Source: an uncultured Ruficoccus sp. (lineage in GTDB: Bacteria; Verrucomicrobiota; Verrucomicrobiia; Opitutales; Cerasicoccaceae). Taken from it: 64,000 nucleotides of DNA. Shown here piece after piece: positions 1 through 9,595 of the stretch; positions within the stretch are counted from its first letter, which is position 1, and the number at the start of each line of letters is the position of its first letter. Location: NCBI GenBank assembly GCA_965140785.1, contig OZ223481.1, positions 712,487 to 776,486 on the forward strand. The letters run 5' to 3'. Under the pieces are notes generated by a model, which ran no database searches, had not been told where the DNA came from, and saw only the letters and a list, made by a program, of their open reading frames with translations. The position numbers were made by a program, and so were the translations under genes.

Positions 1-891
1 CGATTCATAATCCTGCGGGCCGTTCACCTCGCGGGCCAGGGAGCCCACGTAAAGGGGTTGGGGAGTGGGCAGGCCGGTTTCGCGGCAGAGCTGTTCGGCC
101 AGGCGGGGATTGGAGCCGGGGTCGGTGAAGACGGCCCTGACCTGGTCCTGTTTAACCAGCCGAATCAGCCGGGCCATCTGGCGAGCGGAGGGCTCGCCGC
201 TGACGGTGCTGACGGAGCCCAAAATGGTGGCGGGAATGCGGATGTCGTAGCGCTCGGCGAAGTAGCCCAGATTGTCGTGGTAAGTGATGATGACGCGCTC
301 ATCGGAGGGGAGCGTGGAGAAGCGTTTTATAGCGTACTGGTCGAGCTCCTGAAGGCGTTGCGCCCAGCGTTTTTCATTACGTCGGTAGTCCTCGGCATGG
401 GCGGGGTCGAGCTGGCAGAGGGCCTCGGTCAGGACTTCGCCCATTTGCCGGACATTATCCGGGTCCATCCAGACGTGGGGATCGTGCTCGCCATGGTCGT
501 GGTGCTCACCGACGCCGTGGCCGTCGTGGCTGTGTCCATGCTCGTCCTCCTCGGCTTCGTGCAGACTGAGGTGCTCGCTCAGGCTCAGACGGCGTCCCTG
601 AAAGCGGGTGGCGGCCAACATGTCATCGAGCCAATACTCCAGCCCGGCGCCAATCTCCACCACCAGATCGGCCTCGGCCAGCGTAGCCAGGTCGCGCGGA
701 GCCGCTTCAAAGGCATGGATGTCCTGACCGTTTCCGGCCAGCACCGTCAACTCTACCTCGTCACCGGCGATTTGGCGCACCCAGTCGGCGGGCAGGCTGA
801 AGCTGGCCACCACGCGGAGCTTATCGGCGTGGAGCAGGGTGGTGGAGGCCAGCCCCACCAGGAGCACGGCCAGCATTTTCCAACGTAGCAT
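1..891 (-). CDS. Metal (Zn/Mn) ABC transporter substrate-binding protein, ZnuA/TroA family; 3' end runs off the window
   Basis: Not in the ORF track because its stop lies outside the window. Manual minus-strand translation from ATG 891 gives MLRWKMLAVLLVGLASTTLLHADKLRVVASFSLPADWVRQIAGDEV...GQDIHAFE...EHGHSHDGHGVGEHHDHGEHDPHVWMDP...ITYHDNLGYFAERY: signal peptide, His-rich loop, DPHVW and YHD ligand motifs. Confidence 0.92.
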   Translation of the reverse strand, partial: MLRWKMLAVLLVGLASTTLLHADKLRVVASFSLPADWVRQIAGDEVELTVLAGNGQDIHAFEAAPRDLATLAEADLVVEIGAGLEYWLDDMLAATRFQGRRLSLSEHLSLHEAEEDEHGHSHDGHGVGEHHDHGEHDPHVWMDPDNVRQMGEVLTEALCQLDPAHAEDYRRNEKRWAQRLQELDQYAIKRFSTLPSDERVIITYHDNLGYFAERYDIRIPATILGSVSTVSGEPSARQMARLIRLVKQDQVRAVFTDPGSNPRLAEQLCRETGLPTPQPLYVGSLAREVNGPQDYES

Positions 892-920
892 GAGCGCAAT
901 CTGCCACGGGAGCCCGCTAA

Positions 921-937
921 ACGCAATTCATTTGCAA
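921..937. promoter_or_regulatory. Candidate metalloregulator (Zur/Fur-family) operator, GCAA-N5-TTGC
   Basis: Palindrome acGCAAttcatTTGCaa about 30 nt upstream of the metal-binding-protein start codon. Confidence 0.45.
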
Positions 938-1102
938 GAAATATTCTTCTTCCATGGCCCGTCTCTTTCCCCATTCGATTTCTGCGCCGCAAAGCGCGTG
1001 GTGCTTGGGGCGAGGTCAATCGCTTCGCTTCGTCCCGCAGAGACCGCTCCGAAACGTGCGCCTCCGTGTCTCGCTATGCCCGCACGTGCTTCAAAACGGC
1101 TC

Positions 1103-1477
1103 CTACGGGTGAAAGTAACCGTACACGATGATCTCGTGGCCGATGTACTCGAAATTCTTCGGGATGTCCTTTAGCTCAACCTCGACCGGTTTGGTAGCGA
1201 GCCAGTGGATTTGCCCGGTGCGCTGGCAGACCAGGATGGGGAACTTGCTCTGCCGGGGGAGGGTGTAGCAGGTGGCGAGTCCCGGGATCTCGAGCTTTTC
1301 CACGACCCCCTCTTCAAGCATGATCCGCAGATTGCGGTAAACAGTAGCTATTCCCAGGCTGTTACATTCTTCCTGCGCTAGTTCCTGGATTTCTTTCGGC
1401 TTAAGGGGGCGGTCTTGGGACTGTAGAGCATTTCGGATGGCTGTTCGCTGGCGGGTTTCTCTGACCGATGATGGCAT
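1103..1477 (-). CDS. Fur-family transcriptional regulator with degenerate metal-binding motifs
   Basis: N-terminal TRQRTAI and GIATVYRNL winged-helix motifs; C-terminal GHEIIVYG. The usual His cluster and CxxC pairs are missing. Confidence 0.85.
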   Translation of the reverse strand: MPSSVRETRQRTAIRNALQSQDRPLKPKEIQELAQEECNSLGIATVYRNLRIMLEEGVVEKLEIPGLATCYTLPRQSKFPILVCQRTGQIHWLATKPVEVELKDIPKNFEYIGHEIIVYGYFHP

Positions 1478-1782
1478 GGATGCAAAAAGGCTTCTGCTCA
1501 GGTTGTAAAAGGCCTGTCGGTTTCTAAAATGGGAAAACCCGGCCCTGCGTTTTAAGTAATTTAGTGATTAGATATTATTTTATCATATAAATTATGGGGT
1601 GAGTCAGAACCGTCAACCCATTAATCATATATCGCTTTAATAAATGGATACTTCTATTTTTATATTAATTCTGACTTTTTTTATCAGCTTTTAATGCCGA
1701 ATGTAAGCTAACGAAAAAATGATGAGATGGATGTTCCCGGAAATCTGTTCGGTCACCCATTTTTTAGCGGCTTTTTTCGCTT

Positions 1783-2268
1783 CTATAAAATCCGCGGAGT
1801 GAGGAACCACTCCAGTGTCCATTCCCCAAAGGGGAGAGCGTGGCTGGGCGGGCACTGGCGCCGCAGGCACAGCAGTCCGGCTTTTTTGAACGTGATCAGG
1901 CCGCCCTCGCGGGACTGGCGCATCAGTCCATCGGCCAGGATGGAGAGGTGGGGGTTGTGGCCGATGAGCATCTTGTCCGTTTCGGCTTCGGCCAGCTCCT
2001 TGAGCCAGGTAAAGGGATTGTCGCCCGGTCGCAGGCCGGAGCGCTCCAGCAGGGGTTGGGAGAGCTCCAGGTTCTCCTTGAAAAGCTCCGCTGTCTGGAC
2101 GGCGCGGGTCAGTGGGCTGTGGAAAAGTTTTTCCACCCCATCGAATTCGTTTCGCTTGAGGGTCTGACAAAGTTTGCGGATAGATTTCTCACCTTTGGCG
2201 GTGAGTTTTCGGCTCTCGTCCGGGGCGGTGTCTTCGGCCTCGGCGTGACGCAGCAGATACAGTCGCAT
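1783..2268 (-). CDS. sixA: Phosphohistidine phosphatase SixA
   Basis: LYLLRHAEAE, SPLTRAVQTAE and IGHNPHLS motifs; 161 aa. Confidence 0.88.
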   Translation of the reverse strand: MRLYLLRHAEAEDTAPDESRKLTAKGEKSIRKLCQTLKRNEFDGVEKLFHSPLTRAVQTAELFKENLELSQPLLERSGLRPGDNPFTWLKELAEAETDKMLIGHNPHLSILADGLMRQSREGGLITFKKAGLLCLRRQCPPSHALPFGEWTLEWFLTPRIL

Positions 2269-2525
2269 AGGGTTGTATTGTGTTCGAGTGAACTGACTTG
2301 CGCAATCCCTGAGTCGTAGGGATAAGCCTTGCCATTATGATAAATTAGAATTCGTTGTGAGGGCTTGTGTAACGCAACTGCCTTGCAGATAGGGACTTTT
2401 AAAGAAAGAAACGTTTTCGGTGTTGCATTTTCGTAACTTTTGGATTTATAAAGAACCTATAATTTACATGCTTTCACCCTTTCCCGGTTAACACCGAAGG
2501 AATGATAAAACAGTAGAGATGGCGG

Positions 2526-2558
2526 GAGGCCCCCAGGGATGGGGGCCTCTATTTTTTT
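2526..2558 (+). terminator. Rho-independent terminator on the + strand with no + strand gene upstream
   Basis: GAGGCCCCCA-ggga-TGGGGGCCTC stem followed by tattttttt. Confidence 0.75.
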
Positions 2559-2749
2559 GTGGGGTTAAAAGGGCCCGGGCCGTGACTTTTTTCCAACGAT
2601 GTGCCGGAGGATGGCAGCAGGTCTTTTGCCCGCGGGAGCTTGTCGCTGGGCCCCGAATCCTTCGATTGCAGACACGATGCCATCGGCATCGAAACTGCAG
2701 GCTCTGCCTGTCGTAGGTGTGGGCTGCGTAAGCCCGCAGAACATTCTGC

Positions 2750-3388
2750 CTAGGGGGCCAGACGCTCGATTTTCCAGGTCTCGCTGTCAAGCGGGGTGTA
2801 CTGGAGCCGGTCGTGGAGGCGGTTCTCGCGCCCCTGCCAGAACTCAAAAAGCGCGGGCTGCACCCGGTAGCCGCCCCAGAAGGAGGGCAGCGGCACCTCG
2901 CCGCCGGCGAATTTGCGCTTCATCTCGTCGAGCTTCATCTCCAAAATCTTGCGCGAGGAAATGACGTGGCTCTGGTGCGAAACCCAGGCCCCAAGCCGGC
3001 TGCCGAAGGGGCGACTGGCGAAGTAGCGCAGTGACTCGGCGGCCCCGATTTTCTCGGCCCGTCCCTGGATCTTGACCTGCCGCTCCAGATCCAGCCAGGA
3101 AAAGAGCAGGCACACCTCGGGGTTGTGGGAGATGTCCTCAGCCTTGGAGCTGGCGTAGTTGGTGTAAAAGACGAAGCCCTTGCTGTCGTAGGCTTTGAGC
3201 AGGACGGTGCGCAGGCTGGGCTGGCCCTTGTTGTTGACCGTGGCCAGGGCCATGGCGTTGGGCTCGGCCAGGTCGGCCTGGAGGGCCTGCTCGAACCACT
3301 GCCGGAATTGTTTAAAGGGGTCCGGATCGGCGCTCTCCTCGGAAAGCCCGCTACGGGTGTAGTTGCGGCGCATGTCGGCCAGATTCAT
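2750..3388 (-). CDS. pdxH: Pyridoxine/pyridoxamine 5'-phosphate oxidase
   Basis: [10 protein letters not shown] start; [28 protein letters not shown] and [13 protein letters not shown] motifs. Confidence 0.95.
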   Translation of the reverse strand: MNLADMRRNYTRSGLSEESADPDPFKQFRQWFEQALQADLAEPNAMALATVNNKGQPSLRTVLLKAYDSKGFVFYTNYASSKAEDISHNPEVCLLFSWLDLERQVKIQGRAEKIGAAESLRYFASRPFGSRLGAWVSHQSHVISSRKILEMKLDEMKRKFAGGEVPLPSFWGGYRVQPALFEFWQGRENRLHDRLQYTPLDSETWKIERLAP

Positions 3389-3461
3389 CCGGCCTACTGT
3401 GAAGACGCATTCCCCCGCTGGCAAGCCGACAGGGCATTCCTCGCTCAGCGCCTGTGAGGGG

Positions 3462-3644
3462 TCAGTCCTTGCGCTTGGGGACGAGCTTGCCCTTTTTCAC
3501 AGTCGGGCAGGCGCAGTCGGAGCTGCAGCAGCCTTTCGAGCGGGCCTTGCGCACCATTTGCCAGCAGAAAAACACCAGCGTCACCGCGACGATGCCGAGC
3601 GCGATCAGTTCCTGTGTGTCCAGTTGCGTGCCGAAAATTTCCAT
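3462..3644 (-). CDS. FeoB-associated small Cys-rich membrane protein
   Basis: 60 aa, one TM helix followed by [10 protein letters not shown]; directly downstream of feoB. Confidence 0.75.
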   Translation of the reverse strand: MEIFGTQLDTQELIALGIVAVTLVFFCWQMVRKARSKGCCSSDCACPTVKKGKLVPKRKD

Positions 3645-3691
3645 GGGGGTCGAGGCTCAGGTTGGTAGAGGAGGAAGGGCTGGTGCCATGT

Positions 3692-5800
3692 TTAGCTGAA
3701 GCCCAGCAGGTGTCCGCCTTGATAGATGAGGAGGGCTGCGATATAGGCGACGGCGGTCATGTAGCCGAGCTGGAACAGCGGCCATCGCCAGGAGTTCGTC
3801 TCTCGTTTTACGACGGCGACCGTACTCAGGCATTGCAAGGAGAAGACATAAAAGACCATCAGCGAAAGACACGTCAGGGGCGTGAAGACCGCCGCCCCGT
3901 CGGGGCGTCTCTCACTCTGGAGTACCTGGGCGAGCGAGCCGGTATCCTCGCCCTCGTCGCCAACCTTGTAGATGATCGCCATGGTGCTGACGAAGACCTC
4001 GCGGGCGGCGAACGAGGCCAGCAGGCCGATGTTGATCTTCCAGTCGTAGCCGAGCGGATCGGTGACCGGGGTGAGCGCGTGGCCGACCTGGCCGGCGAAG
4101 CTCTGCGAGATCTCCGTCTCGCCCAGGTCGTTTTTCGGATAGGAGACGAAGAACCACAGCAGGATCGACACCCCGAGGATGATCGTCCCGGCCTTGCGCA
4201 GAAAGAGCTTGGCCCGCTCGAACATGTCCATCAGCACCGAGCGGGTGGTGGGCAGGCGGTAGGGCGGCATCTCCATGATCAGCGTGGGGCTCTCGCCCCG
4301 CATCAGGGTCTTTTTGAAAATCCAGGCGAAGACGAAGGCCGACACCGTCCCGAGCGCATAGACGAAGAACATGAGCGCGGTCTTGATCCAGGGCGCGCCG
4401 GGGGCCAGCGCGGCGATCATGAGAAAATAAACCGGCAGGCGGGCCGAACAGCTCATCCAGGGCGCCACCAGGATCGTCACGAAGCGGTCCTTGCGCGAGT
4501 CGATGGTACGCGCGGCCATGATGCCGGGGATGGCGCAGGCGTAGGAGCTCAGCAGCGGGATAAAGGACTGGCCGTGCAGCCCGACCTTGTGCATGACGCG
4601 GTCCAGCAGAAAGGCCGCGCGGGCCATGTACCCGGTGCCCTCCAGCAGCGCGACGAAGAAAAACAAAATCAGAATCTGCGGCAGGAAGATGACCACCCCG
4701 CCGACCCCGGCGATCATGCCGTCTACGATCAGGTCGCGCAGGGTGCCCGCGGGCATGTGCGTCTGCACGGCCTCACCCAGCCAGCCGAAAGCCCCATCAA
4801 TCCAGTCCATCGGGATGCTCGAAAGCGTGAAGATGGTATAAAAAATCGTCGCCATGATCAGGCTGAGAAAAAACCAGCCGCCGATCGGGTGCAGGAGCAC
4901 GGCGTCAATCCGGTCCGTCAGGGTGGGGGCCTTTTCCGGGCCGCGCTGGACGGCCTCGCGGGAGATTTTACCCAGCTGCACATAGCGCTCGCCGACGAGT
5001 TTCTCCTTCCAGGTCGGGTCGGTGGCGGAAAGTTTACGCGTCCACTCGGCGGCGAACTCCCGGGCCGCGATGGGCTGCTCCATGACGTTGCGGTGAAGCT
5101 CGTCCGGAGTGGCCTCGGTCAGCAGGAGCCAGGCCTCGGCGCGGGCCTGGGCCTGTGTCATGTCGCAGAGTTCGCGCAGGCGCGAGGCGGTCTCATCGAG
5201 GGCGAGCTGGAAGTCCTCCGGCAAGGCGAAGCGCCATTTGGGCAGCGGAAGGTTCTCCCGACTCATGGCCAGGCGCAGCTCGGTCAGACCCTTGCCGGTG
5301 CGGGCCTGAGTCTGGACCACGGTGACCCCGAGGGCGTCCTCCAGGACTTTGGCGTCGATGCTTACCCCAGCCGCATTGGCGTCATCAATCATGTTGAGAA
5401 CGAGGATGACGGGCAGGCCCAGCTCCAGGAGCTGGGTGGTCAGAAAGAGGTGGCGCTCCAGGTTCGTGGCATCGGCCACGCAGATGATGCCGCTGGGGCG
5501 GGGCGTGTCGGTACGCCGACCCATCAGGATGTCCTGAGTGATGGCCTCGTCCGGCGAATGCGCGGTAATGGTGTAGGCCCCCGGCAGGTCGATCAGGCGC
5601 AGGGGCTTGCCGTGCTGCGAGTAGCACACGCCCTCCTTGCGTTCGACGGTGACGCCCGGATAGTTCCCGACCTTCTGGCGAAGTCCGGTCAGGCCGTTAA
5701 AGAGCGTGGTTTTGCCGGAGTTGGGATTGCCGACGACGACGAAGACTTTCTCCGCAGTCGGAACCTTGGGCGCGGCAGGCGGCTGGGCGGTGGTAGGCAT
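3692..5800 (-). CDS. feoB: Ferrous iron transporter FeoB
   Basis: GNPNSGKT, VGNYPGVTVE, DLPG and NMID G-domain motifs; membrane domain with MSCSARLPVY and AAREV. Confidence 0.97.
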   Translation of the reverse strand: MPTTAQPPAAPKVPTAEKVFVVVGNPNSGKTTLFNGLTGLRQKVGNYPGVTVERKEGVCYSQHGKPLRLIDLPGAYTITAHSPDEAITQDILMGRRTDTPRPSGIICVADATNLERHLFLTTQLLELGLPVILVLNMIDDANAAGVSIDAKVLEDALGVTVVQTQARTGKGLTELRLAMSRENLPLPKWRFALPEDFQLALDETASRLRELCDMTQAQARAEAWLLLTEATPDELHRNVMEQPIAAREFAAEWTRKLSATDPTWKEKLVGERYVQLGKISREAVQRGPEKAPTLTDRIDAVLLHPIGGWFFLSLIMATIFYTIFTLSSIPMDWIDGAFGWLGEAVQTHMPAGTLRDLIVDGMIAGVGGVVIFLPQILILFFFVALLEGTGYMARAAFLLDRVMHKVGLHGQSFIPLLSSYACAIPGIMAARTIDSRKDRFVTILVAPWMSCSARLPVYFLMIAALAPGAPWIKTALMFFVYALGTVSAFVFAWIFKKTLMRGESPTLIMEMPPYRLPTTRSVLMDMFERAKLFLRKAGTIILGVSILLWFFVSYPKNDLGETEISQSFAGQVGHALTPVTDPLGYDWKINIGLLASFAAREVFVSTMAIIYKVGDEGEDTGSLAQVLQSERRPDGAAVFTPLTCLSLMVFYVFSLQCLSTVAVVKRETNSWRWPLFQLGYMTAVAYIAALLIYQGGHLLGFS

Positions 5801-5806
5801 CGGACC

Positions 5807-6043
5807 TTAGGCGCGGCGCACTTCGATGGCGCAGGCTTCGGTTTTGCGCAGGCACAGGTGGAAGCCCGGCAGCTTGATCTCGATGGGATCGCCCAGCGGC
5901 GAAATGCGGACGACCTGAAGGTTTTGCCCCGGCGTCAGCCCCAGCTCATGCAGGCGCAGGAGAGTGCCGTTGCGGGCATTAAAGGAGTCGAGAATCCCGG
6001 CTTCGCCCGGTTTCATCTCGGAGAGTGTGCAGGTACTTGCCAT
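5807..6043 (-). CDS. feoA: Ferrous iron transport protein FeoA
   Basis: 78 aa with RLHELGLTPG and SPLGDPIEI...LRK; 6 nt upstream of feoB. Confidence 0.93.
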   Translation of the reverse strand: MASTCTLSEMKPGEAGILDSFNARNGTLLRLHELGLTPGQNLQVVRISPLGDPIEIKLPGFHLCLRKTEACAIEVRRA

Positions 6044-6068
6044 CGTAGTTATTATTTATAGTTGGGCG

Positions 6069-6088
6069 AATGAGACCCGTTTTCAATT
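6069..6088. promoter_or_regulatory. Fur-box-like operator upstream of feoA
   Basis: AATGAGAcccgtTTTCAATT, an imperfect TGA-N9-TCA palindrome 25 nt upstream of feoA. Confidence 0.55.
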
Positions 6089-6121
6089 ATTTTCTTTCGA
6101 TGCGTCCTAAAAGTAGATTTT

Positions 6122-6607
6122 CTAATGACGAGTGAGGGCAAGAATATCATCTGTCCACGTTGGGTAGGCGGCGCTCAGCGCGTCGCGTTGGCCCAGCTCG
6201 AAGCCCTCCCAGGTGAAGCCAGGGGCGGAGCAGGTGGTGAAAAGCGCGTAACCGGAGGTGCCGCCTGCGGCCAAGCGACAGCCTTGCCAGCTCTGAGCCG
6301 GGACCAGGGCGAACGGTGATTCTCCCGCAACCGGATCGGCCCCCAGGCGGAGCTTTTTCCCGCTGCCGTCCGGGGCGAGCTGGAGCATTTCGACCGCATC
6401 CCCGCCGTGAAAGTGAAACGTCTCCTCCTGGTCGAGCCGGTGCAGGGCCGAAAAGTCCGCGGGTGTGATCAGGTAGTAGATGCAGGTGGACAGCGGGCGG
6501 TCCGTGGCCGGCACCGTGGCCGGGTGGGTGTGGACGCGGCGGAAGTACCCGCCCTCATCGGGAAGCGGCTCCAGCTCCAGTACGCGTATGATACTTGCGG
6601 CGTCCAT
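6122..6607 (-). CDS. Cupin domain protein (DUF985/Cupin_5)
   Basis: LELEPLPDEGGYF, TCIYYL, SALHRL..EETFHFH.G and APGF..EGFELG motifs. Confidence 0.88.
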   Translation of the reverse strand: MDAASIIRVLELEPLPDEGGYFRRVHTHPATVPATDRPLSTCIYYLITPADFSALHRLDQEETFHFHGGDAVEMLQLAPDGSGKKLRLGADPVAGESPFALVPAQSWQGCRLAAGGTSGYALFTTCSAPGFTWEGFELGQRDALSAAYPTWTDDILALTRH

Positions 6608-6883
6608 GTGGTTAAAATTCCGCCCTGTTTATTGCAGGGGGCGTGCCAGTCGGGCGATACTGAGTCTCTATAGACTCGGCGACAAGCGTTCTTTACTTCC
6701 GCTTATTGGCACCTTTAGCAAACGTAAACTCAACCTCCGTTTTCTGGCGGGCGAGAAGCTTTTTCAAGGCCGGACCGGGGGAAGAAGGCGGATCGGAGCT
6801 TGAAGTCAGGCCGTTTTTCGTTTCATTTAAAGACAGAACACGCCATCCCCGCCCCAACCCCTATCTATTTGATTCCTAGGACC

Positions 6884-7114
6884 ATGGAGATCCAATCCTT
6901 TATCGAAAACTTCGCGGATGCCATCGACGGGCTCGAGCCCGATGGCCTCACCAAGCAGACGCCCTTCCGCGAACTGGAACAATGGGATTCGCTGGCCTTT
7001 CTGAGCGTCTTGGCCATGATCGACGCCGAGTACGGCGTCGAAGTCCCCGGCGACGAGCTCCTGACCTGCGATACGCTGGACGAGCTTTTCGAAATCGTGG
7101 CGGACAAACAATAA
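6884..7114 (+). CDS. Acyl carrier protein
   Basis: Acidic 76-aa protein with WDSLA phosphopantetheine attachment site. Confidence 0.9.
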   Translation: MEIQSFIENFADAIDGLEPDGLTKQTPFRELEQWDSLAFLSVLAMIDAEYGVEVPGDELLTCDTLDELFEIVADKQ

Positions 7115-7119
7115 TCCCC

Positions 7120-7857
7120 GTGTCCGAGCTAGCCCACAAGCGCATCCTCATCTGCGGCGCCTCTTCAGGCATCGGACGGGTATGCGCCCTGGCTGCCGCG
7201 CAGGCCGGCGCCACCCTCATGCTTAACGGACGGGACCGCGCCCGGCTGGAGGAGACGCTCGCGGCGCTGCCCGGAGAGGGGCATACCGTGCACGCAGCCG
7301 ACCTGACCGACGCCGATGCCCGACAGGCCCTCGCCGCCGCTGCGCCAGAACTCGACGGAGTGGTTTTTTCAGCGGGCATGCACCGGATCAAACCGGTCAA
7401 ATTTCTCGACGACAGCGCCTGGGAGGAAAGCTTCGGCATCAATCACCGCGCCCCCTGCCTGCTGACGGCGGCCCTGCTCAAGGCGAAAAAAATCAAGCCC
7501 GCCGCTTCTCTGGTCTATCTCGGCTCGATCGCGGCGGAGGCGGCCACGGTGGGCAACGCCCTCTACGCCGGTTCCAAGGGCGCGCTCCTCTCCAGTGTCC
7601 GCGTGCTGGCGCTGGAGCTGGCCCGTCAGGGAGTCCGCGCCAATGTCGTTTCCCCCGGCCAGGTCCAGACCGCCATGGTCGAGGCCAACGCCGCTCAGAT
7701 CTCGGCCGAGGCTCTGGAGCAGAACGCCTCCCTTTACCCGCTCGGTCCGGGCACGCCGGAGCAGGTGGCCGACGCGGTCCTCTTTTTACTCAGCTCACGT
7801 GCGGCCTGGATCACAGGCCAGAACTTGGTCGTCGATGGCGGCTACACCCTCAAATAA
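7120..7857 (+). CDS. SDR oxidoreductase (FabG-like ketoreductase)
   Basis: GASSGIG, YAGSK catalytic motif, WITGQNLVVDGG; GTG start 5 nt after the ACP stop. Confidence 0.9.
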   Translation: MSELAHKRILICGASSGIGRVCALAAAQAGATLMLNGRDRARLEETLAALPGEGHTVHAADLTDADARQALAAAAPELDGVVFSAGMHRIKPVKFLDDSAWEESFGINHRAPCLLTAALLKAKKIKPAASLVYLGSIAAEAATVGNALYAGSKGALLSSVRVLALELARQGVRANVVSPGQVQTAMVEANAAQISAEALEQNASLYPLGPGTPEQVADAVLFLLSSRAAWITGQNLVVDGGYTLK

Positions 7858-7863
7858 AACGCG

Positions 7864-8514
7864 ATGCAGGAACTACTCATACTCGGAGCCGGCGGCATGG
7901 CCCGCGAAGTCTGGTGCTACCTCGAGCACCGGATCGCGGAAGACCCGCACTTCGCCGCGACTTATCACCTCAAAGGCTTTCTCGACGACGACCCGCAGGC
8001 GCTCGAAGGCTACGATTACCCCGCCGGGGTGGTCGGGAGCATCGCCGACTACGTGCCGCAGGACCACCAGATGCTGGTTTGTGCGCTGGGCTCGCCCGCC
8101 GCCAAGGCCAAAGTTTGCCCGGACCTGAAAAAACGCGGGGCGCGCTTCCTCACCTTTACCCACCCGACCGCCATTATCGGGCGCAATGCCGTGCTGGGCG
8201 AGGGCGTCGTGCTGGCCCCGCACACCCAGGTCTCCTCTGACGCGCGGATGGGGGACTTCTCCTTTCTCAACTGCCACACCACCTGTGGGCACGACGCGCA
8301 GGTGGGCGCCTTCTGCACCGTCAGCTCGTACTGCGACCTGACCGGTTTCGTCGAGCTGGGTGAACGGGTCTTCGTGGGTTCGCACGCCACCGTCATCCCC
8401 GGTCGCCGCGTCGGTGACGGGGTCACCATCGGAGCCGGATCGAGCGTGGTAAGTCACCTACCCGCCAATTGCCGTGTGATCGGCGTCCCGGCCAAACCTT
8501 TTATGAGAGAGTAA
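7864..8514 (+). CDS. Sugar acyltransferase, NeuD/PglD hexapeptide-repeat family
   Basis: ILGAGGMARE N-domain, GFLDD, HPTA, hexapeptide repeats with GHD catalytic His, GVPAK C-terminus. Confidence 0.88.
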   Translation: MQELLILGAGGMAREVWCYLEHRIAEDPHFAATYHLKGFLDDDPQALEGYDYPAGVVGSIADYVPQDHQMLVCALGSPAAKAKVCPDLKKRGARFLTFTHPTAIIGRNAVLGEGVVLAPHTQVSSDARMGDFSFLNCHTTCGHDAQVGAFCTVSSYCDLTGFVELGERVFVGSHATVIPGRRVGDGVTIGAGSSVVSHLPANCRVIGVPAKPFMRE

Positions 8515-8518
8515 CGCC

Positions 8519-9595
8519 ATGTCCGCTGTCCGCGCCACCCTCACCGCTATGCACTACTGCCTTCCGCCCCGCGTGCTGGGCCAGGAGGAGCTGGCCGTGC
8601 GTTTCGGCGCCAAGCAGGTCGAGAACATCGCCAAACTCTCCGGGGTGACCGAGCGCCGGGTGGCCGAGCCGGACGTTACCTCGGTCGATCTGGCCGAATG
8701 CGCCGCCCAGCGGCTGATGGCCGCGCACGGGATTGCGCCCGAGTCGATCGATTTTGTCCTTTTTGCCACCCAGACCGGAGATTACCAGCTCCCGGCTTCG
8801 GCCTGCGTCCTGCACGGCAGGCTCGGCCTGGCCAAGACCTGTGGCGCGCTCGACATCGGGCTGGGCTGCTCGGCCTTTCCCTACGCCCTGAGCGTGGCCA
8901 ACGGCCTCATCGCCACCGGTGTGGCCAAGCGCATTCTTTTAATCAACGCCGACACCCTGACCAAGGTCATCCACCCGCAGGACCGCGGGCTGGTTCCGCT
9001 GCACGGGGACGGCGCGGTCGCCACCCTCCTGGAGCCCGCCAGCGGCGAGGACGGGTTGCTCGGCTTCGAGCTGGGAACGGACGGCTCCGGCTGCCAGCAC
9101 TTGATCATCCCCGCCTCCGGCGCGAGAAATCCGCGCACCGCCGAGACCGCCCGCGAGGTTCCCGACGAGACTGGCTCGATCCACACCGCCGAGCACCTCC
9201 AGATGAACGGCCCGGCGGTTTTTCAATTCTCCATCCGCGAGACCCCCGCCGCCCTCAAGCGCGCCTTCGAGAAGTGGGGCGTCGCCCCCGCCGACCTCGA
9301 CCTGCTCGTCCTGCACCAAGCCAACAAGATGATGCTCGACCTCATTTATAAGAAGGCGGGCCTCGGGCCGGAGCAGCAGTTCCTCTTCATGGAAAAAATC
9401 GGCAACATGAGCGGCGCCTCCTCGCCCATGGCCTTGGCCGAGGCCTGGCGCAGCGGTCGGCTCAAGCCCGGCACGCTCATCGCCGTGGCCGCCTTTGGCG
9501 TCGGCCTGTCCTGGGGAGCCGCCCTCATCCGCCTGCCCGAAACCCTTACCGACTGCTCCGGGGCCGACGTCGAGTACGCGCCGCCAGAGGCGTGA
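8519..9595 (+). CDS. 3-oxoacyl-ACP synthase III (FabH-like)
   Basis: Cys-His-Asn triad in GLGCSAF, HQAN and GNMS; MNGPAVF; FGVGLSWG. Confidence 0.92.
   Translation: MSAVRATLTAMHYCLPPRVLGQEELAVRFGAKQVENIAKLSGVTERRVAEPDVTSVDLAECAAQRLMAAHGIAPESIDFVLFATQTGDYQLPASACVLHGRLGLAKTCGALDIGLGCSAFPYALSVANGLIATGVAKRILLINADTLTKVIHPQDRGLVPLHGDGAVATLLEPASGEDGLLGFELGTDGSGCQHLIIPASGARNPRTAETAREVPDETGSIHTAEHLQMNGPAVFQFSIRETPAALKRAFEKWGVAPADLDLLVLHQANKMMLDLIYKKAGLGPEQQFLFMEKIGNMSGASSPMALAEAWRSGRLKPGTLIAVAAFGVGLSWGAALIRLPETLTDCSGADVEYAPPEA

Noticed and set aside
58..888. 276-aa + strand ORF
   Set aside because: Antisense shadow of the minus-strand metal-binding protein gene; no motifs of its own.
1478..1782. Very AT-rich intergenic stretch as a foreign insert or origin
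   Set aside because: No ORF, iterons or clear DnaA-box cluster seen; most simply the promoter region of the Fur-family gene.
3614..6061. 815-aa + strand ORF, and similar long antisense ORFs such as 39530-41329, 58658-60232 and 62959-63981
   Set aside because: Shadows of feoB/feoA, thiC, the RND pump and the dehydrogenase, caused by high-GC codon bias.
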